A DNA stretch of 63,640 nucleotides, filler included, from Aduncisulcus paluster (GCA_024181965.1; 28 parts of 28 records of this genome joined end to end with filler, not necessarily neighbours in it); one strand, 5' to 3'; positions 23,398-34,501 are shown, counted from the first letter of the whole stretch. Translations and numbers: made by a program. Notes: generated by a model from the letters alone, not told the origin.

Positions 23398-23844
23398 GGT
23401 ATTTATGGTTACTACTTAGCTTTAGTGTATTTATTTTTGCAGATAATATAACTTTAGAAAGTTTTAATAAGCTCAAGGCTATAAAAGAGAAAAAAATAGA
23501 AGTGATAGAAATTAAAGAATATAATTCATTATATATTTTAAAAGGTAAAAAACAAACAAAAAGAGGTCTTTTACCTATTCTTTTTTATGTTACTAAAGAT
23601 TTAAAATATGTTTTTATTGGAAGAGCTTATTCTAGTGATACTAACGAACCCGTTTTTATTCAAAGTGACATGAATAAATATAAAAAATATGCCAATTTTA
23701 CTTTTGGTGAAGGGAAAGATGAATATTTCCTTTTTACAGACCCTGAATGTCCATATTGTAAAAAGTTTGAAAAAATGTTATTTGAAATTGATTCCCAAAA
23801 AGATATAAGAAAGAAGATAAAAATCTATTATTTTTTATTTCCAT
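23394..23844 (+). CDS. DsbC-like thiol:disulfide isomerase (partial)
   Basis: Signal peptide, N-terminal dimerisation-like YVTKDLKYVFIG, and active site FTDPECPYCKK; ATGA overlap with the upstream gene. Confidence 0.85.
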
Positions 23845-23988
23845 NNNNNNNNNNNNNNNNNNNNNNNNNNNNNNNNNNNNNNNNNNNNTTAATTAATTAA
23901 NNNNNNNNNNNNNNNNNNNNNNNNNNNNNNNNNNNNNNNNNNNNGGAACATCGCCGGGGTTCAGCGAGTCCGCTAGTTCTACGGCCCA

Positions 23989-25647
23989 CTAGGTCCATTG
24001 GGGTTCAACGGATTCCTTCACCTTGCCGTCCTCACCGAAGATGAGGAAGCGGGTGAAGGTCCGCGCGAACCATCGATCGTGAGTGACCGCGATGACGGTG
24101 CCGTCGAAGGCCGTCAGCGCGTCCTCCAGCGCCTCCGCCGAGTGCAGGTCGAGGTTGTCGGTCGGCTCATCGAGCAGCAGCAGGGTTGAGCCCATCAGCT
24201 CCAGCAGCAGGATCTGAAAGCGGCCCTGTTGTCCGCCGGACAGCGAGCCGAAGGTCTGCTCGGCGGATGCTGCCAACCCGTAGCGGNNNNNNNNNNNNNN
24301 NNNNNNNNNNNNNNNNNNNNNNNNNNNNNNNNNNNNNNNNNNNNNNNNNNNNNNNNNNNNNNNNNNNNNNNNNNNNNNNNNNNNNNNNNNNNNNNNNNNN
24401 NNNNNNNNNNNNNNACATGATGGTGGGTCTGCGCGAACCAGCCGGGACGTACCCGCGCACCCAACCGGAGTAGTCCGCCGTGGCGCACCGGTTCGGGAAT
24501 CATCTCGCCAACCGGCAGCTGATCCTGCTCCGGATCGGTGCCGCCGCAGGCCAGCAGCCGCAGGAAATGTGACTTGCCGGTTCCGTTACCGCCCAATACC
24601 GCGACCCGGTCGCCGTACCACAGCTCGGCATCGAATGGGCTTGTGAGGCCGGTTAATTCGAGATTGTCCGCGATCACGGCACGTTTGGCGGTGCGTCCGC
24701 CCGCAAGACGCATGCGCACGTTCTGTCGCAACGGCACCGCTTCGGGCGGCCCCGCCTCGTCGAACCGGCGCAGCCGGGTCTCGGCGGCCTGCAGCCGGCT
24801 GGCCATATCGGAGTTGTAGGCCGCCTTCTGCCGGTACATCAGCACCAGATCGCGCAGCGCCGCCCGCTGTTCATCCCAGCGGCGACGCAATTCGGCGAGT
24901 TTGGCATTGCGGTCCGCGCGGGCCTGGTGATACGTCGCGAACGAACCCGGATGCACCCACAAGGTCGATCCGGACCGTGTGGGTTCCAGCGTGGCGACCT
25001 GTCCGGCCGCGCGATTGATCAGCTCGCGGTCGTGGCTGACGAACAGGACGGTCTTCGGAGACTCGGCGAGCTTCTCTTCGAGCCAGCGCTTGGCCGGGAC
25101 ATCGAGATAGTTGTCGGGCTCGTCGAGTAGCAGCACCTGGTGGGGTCCGCGCAGCAGCGATTCGAGGACCAGCCGCTTCTGCTGACCTCCGGAGAGCGTG
25201 TTGACCCCGCGAAATCTGGCCAACTCGTAGGGAATTCCGAGCGCGGCCATGGTGTGCACGTCACATTCGGTCTCGAACTCGTAGCCGCCCACATCGGCCC
25301 AGTCGGCCAGTGCTTGCGCGTATTTGAGTTGATCGGGCTCGCTGTCGCGCTCAATGAGCACCAGCTCCGCACGGTCCAGGCGCTCGGCGGCCAACCTGAC
25401 GCGATCGGGTGCCACCGACAGCAGTAGATCGCGGACCGTCGAATCGTCACGAACCGATCCGATGAACTGCCGCATCACGCCGAGCTGCCCGCCACGGGTT
25501 ACGGCTCCGTCGTGTGGATCGGCATCACCGGCGATGATGCGCAGCAGTGTCGTCTTGCCGGTCCCGTTGGGGCCGATCAACCCCGTTTTACTGCCCTCAC
25601 CCACGCGCAGGCTGACGTCGTGAAGTAGTGCTCTGCCGTCCGGGAGG
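23989..25647 (-). CDS. ABC-F family ATPase (actinobacterial), 5'-truncated
   Basis: Two ABC domains (GPNGTGKT/LSGGQ/LLLDEPDN and GGNGTGKS/LSGGQ/LLLDEPTD) with a helical linker and no transmembrane segments. Confidence 0.92.
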
Positions 25648-25747
25648 NNNNNNNNNNNNNNNNNNNNNNNNNNNNNNNNNNNNNNNNNNNNTTAATTAAT
25701 TAANNNNNNNNNNNNNNNNNNNNNNNNNNNNNNNNNNNNNNNNNNNN

Positions 25748-25989
25748 GCTTGTAGTACTTTACCCTCACCTATGTAGTTTGTAGTTGCTATAGCACTTGC
25801 TGCTACTATACCACCTTGAACAGTCATCTTAAGAGTATCTGATAGCATCTCATTTTTTGATATTTGTGCTTTTTGATATCTTTGATAATTTAAAGCACCA
25901 GAAACAATAGAGGATGCAATAGCACCACTTATAAAATGCCCTGTTACACTTCTAGGTGCACCTGTATCAATAGCAAAATTACTTAACAT
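25748..25989 (-). CDS. MamC-like small membrane protein (partial)
   Basis: MLSNFAIDTGAPRSVTGHFISGAIASSIVSGALNY...QGGIVAASAIA has two Gly/Ala-rich helices around a charged loop; its start overlaps the upstream stop. Confidence 0.5.
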
Positions 25990-26271
25990 CTTCAATCTCT
26001 TTATCTACAAATTTCAACTCTTTTGTTTTCAGTTTTTCCACTTTCTCAACANNNNNNNNNNNNNNNNNNNNNNNNNNNNNNNNNNNNNNNNNNNNNNNNN
26101 NNNNNNNNNNNNNNNNNNNNNNNNNNNNNNNNNNNNNNNNNNNNNNNNNNNNNNNNNNNNNNNNNNNNNNNTTGAAGCACCTTCAATTACTTTTTCTTTG
26201 ATCTCTTTTCTATTGTTGATTGCTACTACGGCCACTGCCCCTGCTGCTAATCCTGCTATAAACGGTAACAT
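25979..26271 (-). CDS. Small GxxxG membrane-anchored protein (FezA/YtxH-like)
   Basis: MLPFIAGLAAGAVAVVAINNRKEIKEKV...KEIEDVK*; N-terminal GxxxG helix with a charged tail; spans a gap. Confidence 0.6.
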
Positions 26272-26272
26272 T

Positions 26273-27074
26273 TTATTCCCCTTCTTCTTTTTTATCATTC
26301 ATCATTTTCACTAGTTGCATAGCACCTAGTCCACCTAAAAGTACTCCACCAATAGATGCCATATCGACACTATTGAATACTTTTAAAACATCTTGTTCAT
26401 TTACTTTTCCACTTGCTAGTTTTGTAGCAATATTTCTAAACTCATCTACTTTTGATAACATCTCTGTATTTTCAACTGCATTATGTTGTGTATTGTTTTC
26501 ATATACTTCTGTTAGATTTGGTTCTACATTTGTATAAGAAATAACACTTTGCCTAAATGCTGGTAGATGATTGTTATAAGAAGCTGCTTGCAGTCTGTAG
26601 AGTGTATCTTGAATATCTGGATACTGATCTACATATAAAAGTAGATTATCATACATCTGTATATTATCAATCTCAGCAGCCACACCCACTTCACAACACT
26701 CTACTAAAGTATTTGGTAAAACTATTTTCTCGTACCAGTCGTTTACAGGCAATGGTACATTATATTTTTCAAGTAATTTTATCAACTCTTCATAATGTCT
26801 TATCTCAGCTTCGATGATATTTGTAAAAGGCATTTGATTTCCAAATGTTTCTATCACTTTTCGATATGTTTCATACGCATGATATTCATCATAAACAGCN
26901 NNNNNNNNNNNNNNNNNNNNNNNNNNNNNNNNNNNNNNNNNNNNNNNNNNNNNNNNNNNNNNNNNNNNNNNNNNNNNNNNNNNNAATTCGTAAAACTTGG
27001 TGCAAAATCTCTTCATTGTAGTTTGGATCAACTCGTAATTTTACCAACAAGTCTGCATCGTTATTTATTTGCAT
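26273..27074 (-). CDS. Ferritin-like (DUF2202-type) protein with a C-terminal GxxxG helix
   Basis: DEYHAYETY, EAEIRH (ExxH), AEIDNIQMYD and SYNNHLPAF form a four-helix metal-binding pattern; C-terminal IGGVLLGGLGA; AGGAG RBS and TAA-ATG coupling to the upstream gene. Confidence 0.8.
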
Positions 27075-27330
27075 TTAGTTTATCTCCTTTTTTAGGTTTT
27101 CGATAATTTTCACTACCTCATCTAAATTTTCACCATTAATTAAGTCATCCCATTTCTCTTTTGGAAAAATCTCATTATTGTACTCAATAGTTACAGATGC
27201 GATAATTTTATTTATCTTTATCTTTTTTATTCCATTTATCTTTTGTGGTAGTGTTTCAATATCACTTAAAGATACATCAGAAACCTCATCTTTTATTTTT
27301 GGGTTTACTCTTACTCGTAATCTCCCTTTC
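27075..27330 (-). CDS. HMA2-like heavy-metal-associated domain protein (partial)
   Basis: Manual translation KGRLRVRVNPKIK...INGIKKIKINKIIASVTIEYNNEIF...ENLKKEIN* shows the GRLR / N-x-x-x-x-S-x-x-I-x-Y pattern. Not in the ORF track. Confidence 0.7.
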
Positions 27331-27430
27331 NNNNNNNNNNNNNNNNNNNNNNNNNNNNNNNNNNNNNNNNNNNNTTAATTAATTAANNNNNNNNNNNNNN
27401 NNNNNNNNNNNNNNNNNNNNNNNNNNNNNN

Positions 27431-27577
27431 CAAAAGAATGCACAAGTTGCAAGTGATACACAAGATATTGCTATGCAAACACAAAGTATTGCACAAGATG
27501 TTTTAGATGATGCAAACCAAAAACAATTTATTGGTAAAGAATCAATCACTATGCAAAGTATTACTAATAATAAATAA
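27431..27577 (+). CDS. Methyl-accepting chemotaxis protein C-terminal tail
   Basis: QKNAQVASDTQDIAMQTQSIAQDVLDDANQKQFIGK matches the tail of the convergent MCP (QENASIAS...[10 protein letters not shown]). Confidence 0.7.
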   Translation, partial: QKNAQVASDTQDIAMQTQSIAQDVLDDANQKQFIGKESITMQSITNNK

Positions 27578-27629
27578 AAAAGTATCTTAACCTCAATATA
27601 CTTTTTTAACCAAAACAACTTTACACAAT

Positions 27630-27664
27630 AAAAAAGGGAGAGTCAAAATAACTCTCCCTTTTTT
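27630..27664. terminator. Bidirectional rho-independent terminator
   Basis: AAAAAAGGGAGAGT-caaaata-ACTCTCCCTTTTTT between two convergent MCP genes. Confidence 0.9.
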
Positions 27665-27699
27665 ATTGACTAAATTTTCGAATAGAAAATGGCAAACTT

Positions 27700-28662
27700 T
27701 TAAAAGCTTGCCCATTCATCATCTGAACTGTTTGAAACAATTGGTTTTATATTTTTGTTTGTAGTAGATGTGATTGTTTTTTTCTCTACTACTTTAGGTG
27801 ACTTTTCTATCATTTTAGGAGTAGAATGAGGAGTTGATGTACTTTCTTTCGCTTTTACAGAATCTTTTCCGCTAAATTCTTTTTCATTTGCATCTGATAC
27901 AACCAATTTTGCTATATTGTCTGTTTGAACTGCTACTGTATGTGTCTGCGATGCAATTGAAGCATTTTCTTGAGTTTGCTTATCTAAAGAACTTATTGCA
28001 TCATTAATTTGAATAATAGCTGATTGTTGCTCTTTTGATGCACTCTCTACATCTGTAATAAGTTCTAAAGTTTTCGAGATATTTGAACTAAGCCCTGTAT
28101 ATCCATGAATCATTTTATCTGCAATGTTTTTACCGTTATTTGCTTTTTCTGTTGCATTTTCAACTAATGACTTGATCTCATTTGCAGCTTCAGCACTTCT
28201 TGCAGCCAAATTTCTTACCTCTTGAGCAACAACAGCAAAACCTTTTCCAGCTTCACCTGCAGTTGCAGCTTCAACAGCGGCATTAAGTGAAAGAATATTT
28301 GTTTGAAATGCAATTTGATCAATCACTTTAATCGCTTCGTTTATAGATGTTACTTGTTCATTGATCTCATCCATAGAGTTTGTAGTTTCTGTTGCAAGCG
28401 TCTGCCCTTCTTGTGCTGAATTTGTTAAAGAGTTAGCAAAGCCTGCCATTCGTATAACATTTTCAGTATTATGAGAAATACTACTTGTCATCTCTTCTAA
28501 AGCAGCTGAAGTTTCCTCTATCGCTGCGGCTGCTTGATTTGAATTTTTGTTTAAAATATCAACATTTTTCAAAAGAGTATTACTACTTATATCTAAAGTT
28601 AAACCATTTGATTTATTTTCAATAAGCATTTTAGTAATTGCATCGCCTAAAGTATTTATTGC
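27700..28662 (-). CDS. Methyl-accepting chemotaxis protein signalling domain
   Basis: [37 protein letters not shown] and a C-terminal pentapeptide EWASF. Confidence 0.95.
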   Translation of the reverse strand, partial: AINTLGDAITKMLIENKSNGLTLDISSNTLLKNVDILNKNSNQAAAAIEETSAALEEMTSSISHNTENVIRMAGFANSLTNSAQEGQTLATETTNSMDEINEQVTSINEAIKVIDQIAFQTNILSLNAAVEAATAGEAGKGFAVVAQEVRNLAARSAEAANEIKSLVENATEKANNGKNIADKMIHGYTGLSSNISKTLELITDVESASKEQQSAIIQINDAISSLDKQTQENASIASQTHTVAVQTDNIAKLVVSDANEKEFSGKDSVKAKESTSTPHSTPKMIEKSPKVVEKKTITSTTNKNIKPIVSNSSDDEWASF

Positions 28663-28775
28663 NNNNNNNNNNNNNNNNNNNNNNNNNNNNNNNNNNNNNN
28701 NNNNNNTTAATTAATTAANNNNNNNNNNNNNNNNNNNNNNNNNNNNNNNNNNNNNNNNNNNNTACCCACTTGCAC

Positions 28776-28985
28776 TGTAACCGTTGAAGTCGGAGCGTGA
28801 AGTCAGGAGCATACCTCTGCTTGTAACCGTGGGAGTCGGAGCAAGAGAACGTGTAGAAACCTTCGAGCGTGTAACCGTGGAAGTCGGAACATGGCGGACA
28901 GGAAAACACCCTCGTGTGGAGCTGGAGGAGCCAGACCACGACGTCACCAGGTCAGACCACCTTGTACACAACCGTGGAAGTCGGA
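28776..28985 (+). repeat. Four copies of a ~19-21-nt motif separated by dissimilar spacers
   Basis: TGTAACCGTKGRAGTCGGA at 28776, 28822 and 28870, and a partial copy at ~28967. Confidence 0.7.
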
Positions 28986-29150
28986 CTGTGAAGGCTACCG
29001 AACCAAAACCCCGGGAGGACACCGATAAAGGAAACCTAGGATCTAAAAATAGATCGTCGAAACCCTTGAGAAACTCCAGAAGATTCTGGAACCATAGATT
29101 GATCATCTACTACGTTCGTGTCATAGTATCTGAATAGCTGCGATCACAAA

Positions 29151-29948
29151 GTGATCTGGGAAAGTGAGAGGAGGATGTGGTATCCTTGCAGGTTCTCAGA
29201 GGATCTATTTATAGAACCGACTATGATGTGTTCGTTTATTAATAAATTGTACGTAAGCTTTATCGCATTCTACCATAATTTGGAGGTTTGTAAACATTGG
29301 AAAGATTTATTAATTGGTTTTAAAAAACTAAAAACGCCAAATGAAGATGCACGCCACTGTATTGAATTTTTGGAAAACAAATATTACGAAAAGTTTGCAA
29401 TGTCATTAGTGAAAGGGTTTCTACCGATGACGATGGAAGCTATCCGAGTCAGCCAGTATGAAACACCTAAATATAACGGTTATATCATTATTAATAATTG
29501 GAGAGAAAAGATGAGATCAGAATGGAGTTGTACAGAAATTCATAGCCGATCCTTTTTAACAGCATGGGCATGGCTTGATATGTTACTAAAAATTTATTAC
29601 GCCATTGTTGCCTTACAGCCAGAAACTTGGCAAGGTTCTTTTGAACTATCTTATGAAAAGTTGAAAGAAGGCATTTTCCTCTCTTCTTGTCATATTGATA
29701 GAACTATAGAAGGAGAATTAAAGAGCTACTGTGAAGATATTTGTGGTCCATCATGTGTTCTGTTTGAAAAACATTATGTTTTACTTTTAAAAATTCGTCA
29801 CGAATTAATGAATCTATCACTTTCTGGTTCATCGATTGAAAGATTTTTCAGTGTTGTCAAGCAATTGAACACGGCTTCTCGAGCTTCTCAGTGGACGAAA
29901 TCGTTGTTTCAGAATGCAATGATGAAATACAATTTTTTCCACAAATAA
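29151..29948 (+). CDS. Eukaryotic hypothetical protein
   Basis: 265-aa open frame in AT-rich sequence; no family recognised. Confidence 0.4.
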   Translation: MIWESERRMWYPCRFSEDLFIEPTMMCSFINKLYVSFIAFYHNLEVCKHWKDLLIGFKKLKTPNEDARHCIEFLENKYYEKFAMSLVKGFLPMTMEAIRVSQYETPKYNGYIIINNWREKMRSEWSCTEIHSRSFLTAWAWLDMLLKIYYAIVALQPETWQGSFELSYEKLKEGIFLSSCHIDRTIEGELKSYCEDICGPSCVLFEKHYVLLLKIRHELMNLSLSGSSIERFFSVVKQLNTASRASQWTKSLFQNAMMKYNFFHK

Positions 29949-30266
29949 AGAAATAATATTTATTTTTGATTAATCATAATAAAAAAATGTAAAACTATCT
30001 CTTGTGAATTAATTTAGCAAAGTGACGAAATCATGCTTTCAGAAATTCCTTTTGATTCCACACCTTGTTCAATAGAAAAGGACTCATTAACTTAGAAAAA
30101 AATTTAACAATTATTTTAAATAGTATAAAATGATTTGATTTATTTTATTATATTACTAATTTAAAAGGAGCATTGATTTTTTTTGGAACCCTATGTATTG
30201 GAGATCGAATTAACAACTAATTACCCTGGATCAGACTTGGATTGAACTTTTCGAGCCTAATCGAAA

Positions 30267-30908
30267 ATGGTTGAAGGTATGTATTTGTATTTTGCGATTA
30301 TCCATTTTTTCATACTATGAAATACCAAGTAGTACTTGATATTTCATTTCCTTTCGTACCAGATCTAATCATTTTTCTTCAATAGAAACTGAATTCAAAA
30401 CCAATTTCATTCCTCCTGGAAAACTGTTTTGGGCACTTGGATGGTCAACTTTACTCGCTTCAATGGATATGAGTATCGTTACCACCGCTCTTCCTGCCAT
30501 GACCGCTGCGTTGGACACAACTGAAGCTATTTCTGATTTCGTTGGTGTAGCCTACATGATAGCACTTGCTTCTTTCAGTACCGTTGCTGGGAAAATTGGA
30601 GATCGTTATGGAACAGTCATTGTTCATCGTGTTGGAATGTTCTTCTTCATTTTCTTTTCTGCCTGTTGTGGAATTCCCTGGTCTATCTATTCCGTTATCG
30701 TATTTCGTGCTTTCCAAGGTATTGCTGCAGCTCTTCTTCTTTCAAACAATCTTGCCCTTGTCGCCCATCTCTGTACTCATGATGGTATGCAGACAGCTAT
30801 GATCTTGAACACTCTTTTCGGTTCAATTGCTGCCGCCCTTGGTCCCATCATTGGAGGATTGCTGACTCAATACCTCGGATGGGAGTTTGCCTTCTTCATT
30901 AATATTCC
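30267..30908 (+). CDS. MFS drug:H+ antiporter (EmrB/QacA, DHA2-like) with a predicted intron at 30277-30385
   Basis: SMDMSIVTTALP, GKIGDRYG, FRAFQGIAAA and LGPIIGGLL..LGW are DHA2 motifs; splicing GTATGT...CTAAT...CAATAG joins ATG 30267 in frame. Confidence 0.8.
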
Positions 30909-31008
30909 NNNNNNNNNNNNNNNNNNNNNNNNNNNNNNNNNNNNNNNNNNNNTTAATTAATTAANNNNNNNNNNNNNNNNNNNNNNNNNNNNNNNNNNNN
31001 NNNNNNNN

Positions 31009-31125
31009 TTAGCATATGAAAAAATAAAAACATATAAAAGAAAACTAATACCAGGAACTGAAGATTACGATTTAGTATTTAAAAGATTGTATGAAGAAGA
31101 ACTTATCAAAAAAGGTTTAATATAA
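31009..31125 (+). CDS. DUF507-like protein C-terminus
   Basis: YEKIKTYKRKLIPGTEDYDLVFKRLYEEELIKKGLI*, directly upstream of carA as recalled for Campylobacterota. Confidence 0.6.
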   Translation, partial: LAYEKIKTYKRKLIPGTEDYDLVFKRLYEEELIKKGLI

Positions 31126-31130
31126 AAGGA

Positions 31131-32159
31131 ATGATGATGAAAGATATTTATATATATTTAGAAAATGGTACATTTTTAAAGGCAAAGTCATTTGGAGCTG
31201 AGGGTACTGAAGTTGGTGAAATTGTTTTTAATACATCGATGACAGGATATCAAGAGATAGCAACAGATCCTAGTTATGCAGGGCAATTTGTAACATTTAC
31301 AGCACCAGAAATTGGTAATGTTGGTGTAAATGAAAATGATAACGAAAGTACAAAAGTACACTGTAAAGGTGTTTTTGCAAGAGCTTACAATGATGACTAT
31401 TCTAATTTTAGAGGTGAAAAAAGTTTTTCTGAACTTTTAAAAGAGAATGGTACTTTAGGTATTTGTGATATTGATACGAGATATTTAACAAAAATGTTAA
31501 GAGATTCTGGTGCAATGATGATGATTGCATCAACAGAGATTGATAATGTTGAGGAGTTAAAACTTTTATTAGATTCTAGTCCTAGAATTGAAGATATCAA
31601 TTATATTGAACAAGTTTCAACTACACAGAGTTATATTCACAAAAATGGTGCNNNNNNNNNNNNNNNNNNNNNNNNNNNNNNNNNNNNNNNNNNNNNNNNN
31701 NNNNNNNNNNNNNNNNNNNNNNNNNNNNNNNNNNNNNNNNNNNNNNNNNNNNNNNNNNNACCAGGTGATCCTTTAACTTTATCAAATGAGAAACTAGAAG
31801 TACAAAAACTTATTGAAAAAAACATTCCTATGTTTGCAATTTGTTTAGGTCACCAAATGTTAAGTATTGCTCATGGTCATGATACATACAAATTAAAATT
31901 TGGTCAACATGGTGGTAACCACCCTGTAAAAAATAGTAAAAATGTAGTAGAGATAACAGCTCAGAATCATAACTATAATGTACCTGATTCAATTGCTAAC
32001 ATAGCAGAACTAACACATATTAATCTATTTGATAATACTATTGAGGGAGTGAAGTATAAAAATAAACCTATATTTTCAGTACAACATCACCCTGAAGCTA
32101 GTCCTGGACCACATGAGAGTAAATATATATTTAAAGAGTTTGCAGACTCTATTAAGTAG
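31131..32159 (+). CDS. carA: Carbamoyl-phosphate synthase small subunit
   Basis: GEIVFNTSMTGYQE, DPSYAGQ, ICLGHQ, FGQHGGNHPV and QHHPEASPGP. Confidence 0.96.
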   Translation: MMMKDIYIYLENGTFLKAKSFGAEGTEVGEIVFNTSMTGYQEIATDPSYAGQFVTFTAPEIGNVGVNENDNESTKVHCKGVFARAYNDDYSNFRGEKSFSELLKENGTLGICDIDTRYLTKMLRDSGAMMMIASTEIDNVEELKLLLDSSPRIEDINYIEQVSTTQSYIHKNGXXXXXXXXXXXXXXXXXXXXXXXXXXXXXXXXXXXXXPGDPLTLSNEKLEVQKLIEKNIPMFAICLGHQMLSIAHGHDTYKLKFGQHGGNHPVKNSKNVVEITAQNHNYNVPDSIANIAELTHINLFDNTIEGVKYKNKPIFSVQHHPEASPGPHESKYIFKEFADSIK

Positions 32160-32164
32160 AACTT

Positions 32165-32195
32165 AAAAAGGACAGCTTAAGGTTGTCCTTTTTTT
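32165..32195 (+). terminator. Rho-independent terminator after carA
   Basis: AAAAAGGACAGC-ttaa-GGTTGTCCTTTTTTT hairpin with a T tail. Confidence 0.75.
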
Positions 32196-32220
32196 ATATT
32201 AAATAAAAGGAATAATTGCA

Positions 32221-32979
32221 ATGAAAGAAACAATAACATTTATAGGAAATGGTAATATGGCATTATCAATTGCACAAGGATTAAAAGAGATTTTTGATAT
32301 AGAAGTGGTTGGGAGAGATATGGCTAAACTTGATAAATTTGAAAAAAACTTAGATGTGACTATAGTAAAAGAACTTTATGAAGATTTTGATATGAATGGT
32401 AAAAAAATTATTTTATGTGTGAAACCAGCAAACTTAGAAGAGGTTGGTGTGCGTTTAAAAGGTGTTGCAAACGAGTTATATTCTGTATTAGCAGGATCTA
32501 CAATATCATCTTTGAAACAAAATATCAAATCTAAAGCAACAGTTAGGGTTATGCCAAACTTAGCTGCAAGTGTTGGATTCTCGATGACTACGATGACAGG
32601 TGATAGTAGTTTAAAAGAGGAAGCTCAAGAGTTATTTAAATCAATCGGAACAACTTTATGGTTAGGAAGTGAAAAAGAGTTAGATATAGCTACAGGAGTT
32701 GCAGGTAGTGGTCCCGCATACTTAGCACTCATTCATGAAGCACTTTGTGATGGAGCTGTAAAACAAGGGATGAAAAGAACAGATGCCTTAAAAGTTGCAA
32801 ATGGTTTATTTGAAGGTTTTGGACAATTAATAAATACAACACATCCTGCTCTTTTAAAAGATGGAGTTATGAGTCCAGGTGGAACAACTGCTGCAGGATA
32901 TGCGGCACTAGAAAAAGGAAATGTGAGAAGTTCTTGTATCGATGCTGTTGAGGCAGCATTTCAAATTACACAAAAATAA
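32221..32979 (+). CDS. proC: Pyrroline-5-carboxylate reductase
   Basis: FIGNGNMA, VKP, RVMPN, GSGPAY and VMSPGGTT. Confidence 0.95.
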   Translation: MKETITFIGNGNMALSIAQGLKEIFDIEVVGRDMAKLDKFEKNLDVTIVKELYEDFDMNGKKIILCVKPANLEEVGVRLKGVANELYSVLAGSTISSLKQNIKSKATVRVMPNLAASVGFSMTTMTGDSSLKEEAQELFKSIGTTLWLGSEKELDIATGVAGSGPAYLALIHEALCDGAVKQGMKRTDALKVANGLFEGFGQLINTTHPALLKDGVMSPGGTTAAGYAALEKGNVRSSCIDAVEAAFQITQK

Positions 32980-33095
32980 AATTAATAAAATAAATAAAAT
33001 TAATTATTTTCTATCAATGATTATTTAGAAAGTTTTAAAGTACATTTTACTTTTTCTATGATAAAGTAAAAAAATATTAAATTAGGAGAAATGAA

Positions 33096-33172
33096 ATGGC
33101 AGTATTAATTACAGATACTTGTATATCTTGTGATGCTTGTTTAGATGAGTGTCCAACAGAGTCTATCGTTGA
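33096..33172 (+). CDS. 4Fe-4S dicluster ferredoxin, N-terminus
   Basis: MAVLITDTCISCDACLDECPTESIV contains CxxCxxCxxxCP; AGGAG RBS upstream. Confidence 0.85.
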
Positions 33173-33272
33173 NNNNNNNNNNNNNNNNNNNNNNNNNNNN
33201 NNNNNNNNNNNNNNNNTTAATTAATTAANNNNNNNNNNNNNNNNNNNNNNNNNNNNNNNNNNNNNNNNNNNN

Positions 33273-34501
33273 GATACTAAAGCATCATCAGCAGGATTTA
33301 AAATAACTGTTGGTTCATAACAAGATGCAGAGATTCTGTTTCCACCAGTTAAGATTTTTCCACCTTTTTCTTTTGCTTCATTTACCCACTCTTCAACTCT
33401 ATTAACTTCGTTATTATTGATCAATGGTCCAACTTCAGTTTTAGGATCTAATTGATCTCCTACAACTAATTTAGATGCATAATCAGCTAATTTAGAAGCA
33501 ACTTCATCAACTATTGAATCATGAACATAAACTCTTTGTACAGATACACAAACTTGACCGGCATGGTAGAAACCACCTTTTCCTAAGTCTGGAATCATTG
33601 CATCGATATCAGCATCAGCTTCAACGATAACTGGTGCAACTCCACCATGTTCTAATGCAACTCTTGTANNNNNNNNNNNNNNNNNNNNNNNNNNNNNNNN
33701 NNNNNNNNNNNNNNNNNNNNNNNNNNNNNNNNNNNNNNNNNNNNNNNNNNNNNNNNNNNNNNNNNNNNNNNNNNNNNNNNNNNNNNNNNNNNNNNNNNNN
33801 NNNNNNNNNNNNNNNNNNNNNTTAGCAACTTTAGAATTAAGGTACCAACCTACTGAACCTGAACCAATAAATGTTAAGAAATTGATTTTTGGAGATGTTG
33901 CAAGTAATTCACCAGCTTCTCTACCACACACAACTGCTTGTGCCCAACCTTTTGGAAGACCAGCTTCAGCTAGAATTTCAATAAGTTTAACAGCAGACAT
34001 AGGTGTTTGAGTTGCAGGTTTAATAATAACAGAACATCCAACAGCAATCGCAGGGATTACTTGGTGAACTGCTAAATTAAATGGGTGGTTAAACGCAGAA
34101 ACTGCAGCAACAACACCAATAGGTTCTTTAAATGTATATGCCATTCTATTTGCACTTGATGCAGTATGACCCATAGCAACTTCAGAACCTTCAAATGAAC
34201 TTAATGCTTCAATAGAAAGTTTAACACCGTTAATCGCTCTTTGAATCTCTACTTTAGAATCCATGTAAGGTTTACCACCTTCAGATGCACAAAGAATAGT
34301 AAGCTCTTCAATTTGTGAACTCATAATCTCTGCAACTTTTTCTAAAATTTCGATTCTTTTATATTTTGGAAGCGCATTTTTATGATCATGAAAAGTATCA
34401 TTTGCTAAATCAATAGCCGCTTTTACTTCTTCCACATTTGAAAATGGAACTGTTCCTACTACTTTATCATTAAACGGTGATGTAACTTCAATTGTACTCA
34501 T
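33273..34501 (-). CDS. Aldehyde dehydrogenase family protein (partial)
   Basis: EPIGVV, FNHP, KPA, FIGS, LEHGG and the catalytic GQVC. Confidence 0.93.

Noticed and set aside
28776-28985. CRISPR array
   Set aside because: Repeats are short, imperfect and non-palindromic, spacing is irregular, the context is eukaryotic and no cas genes are present.
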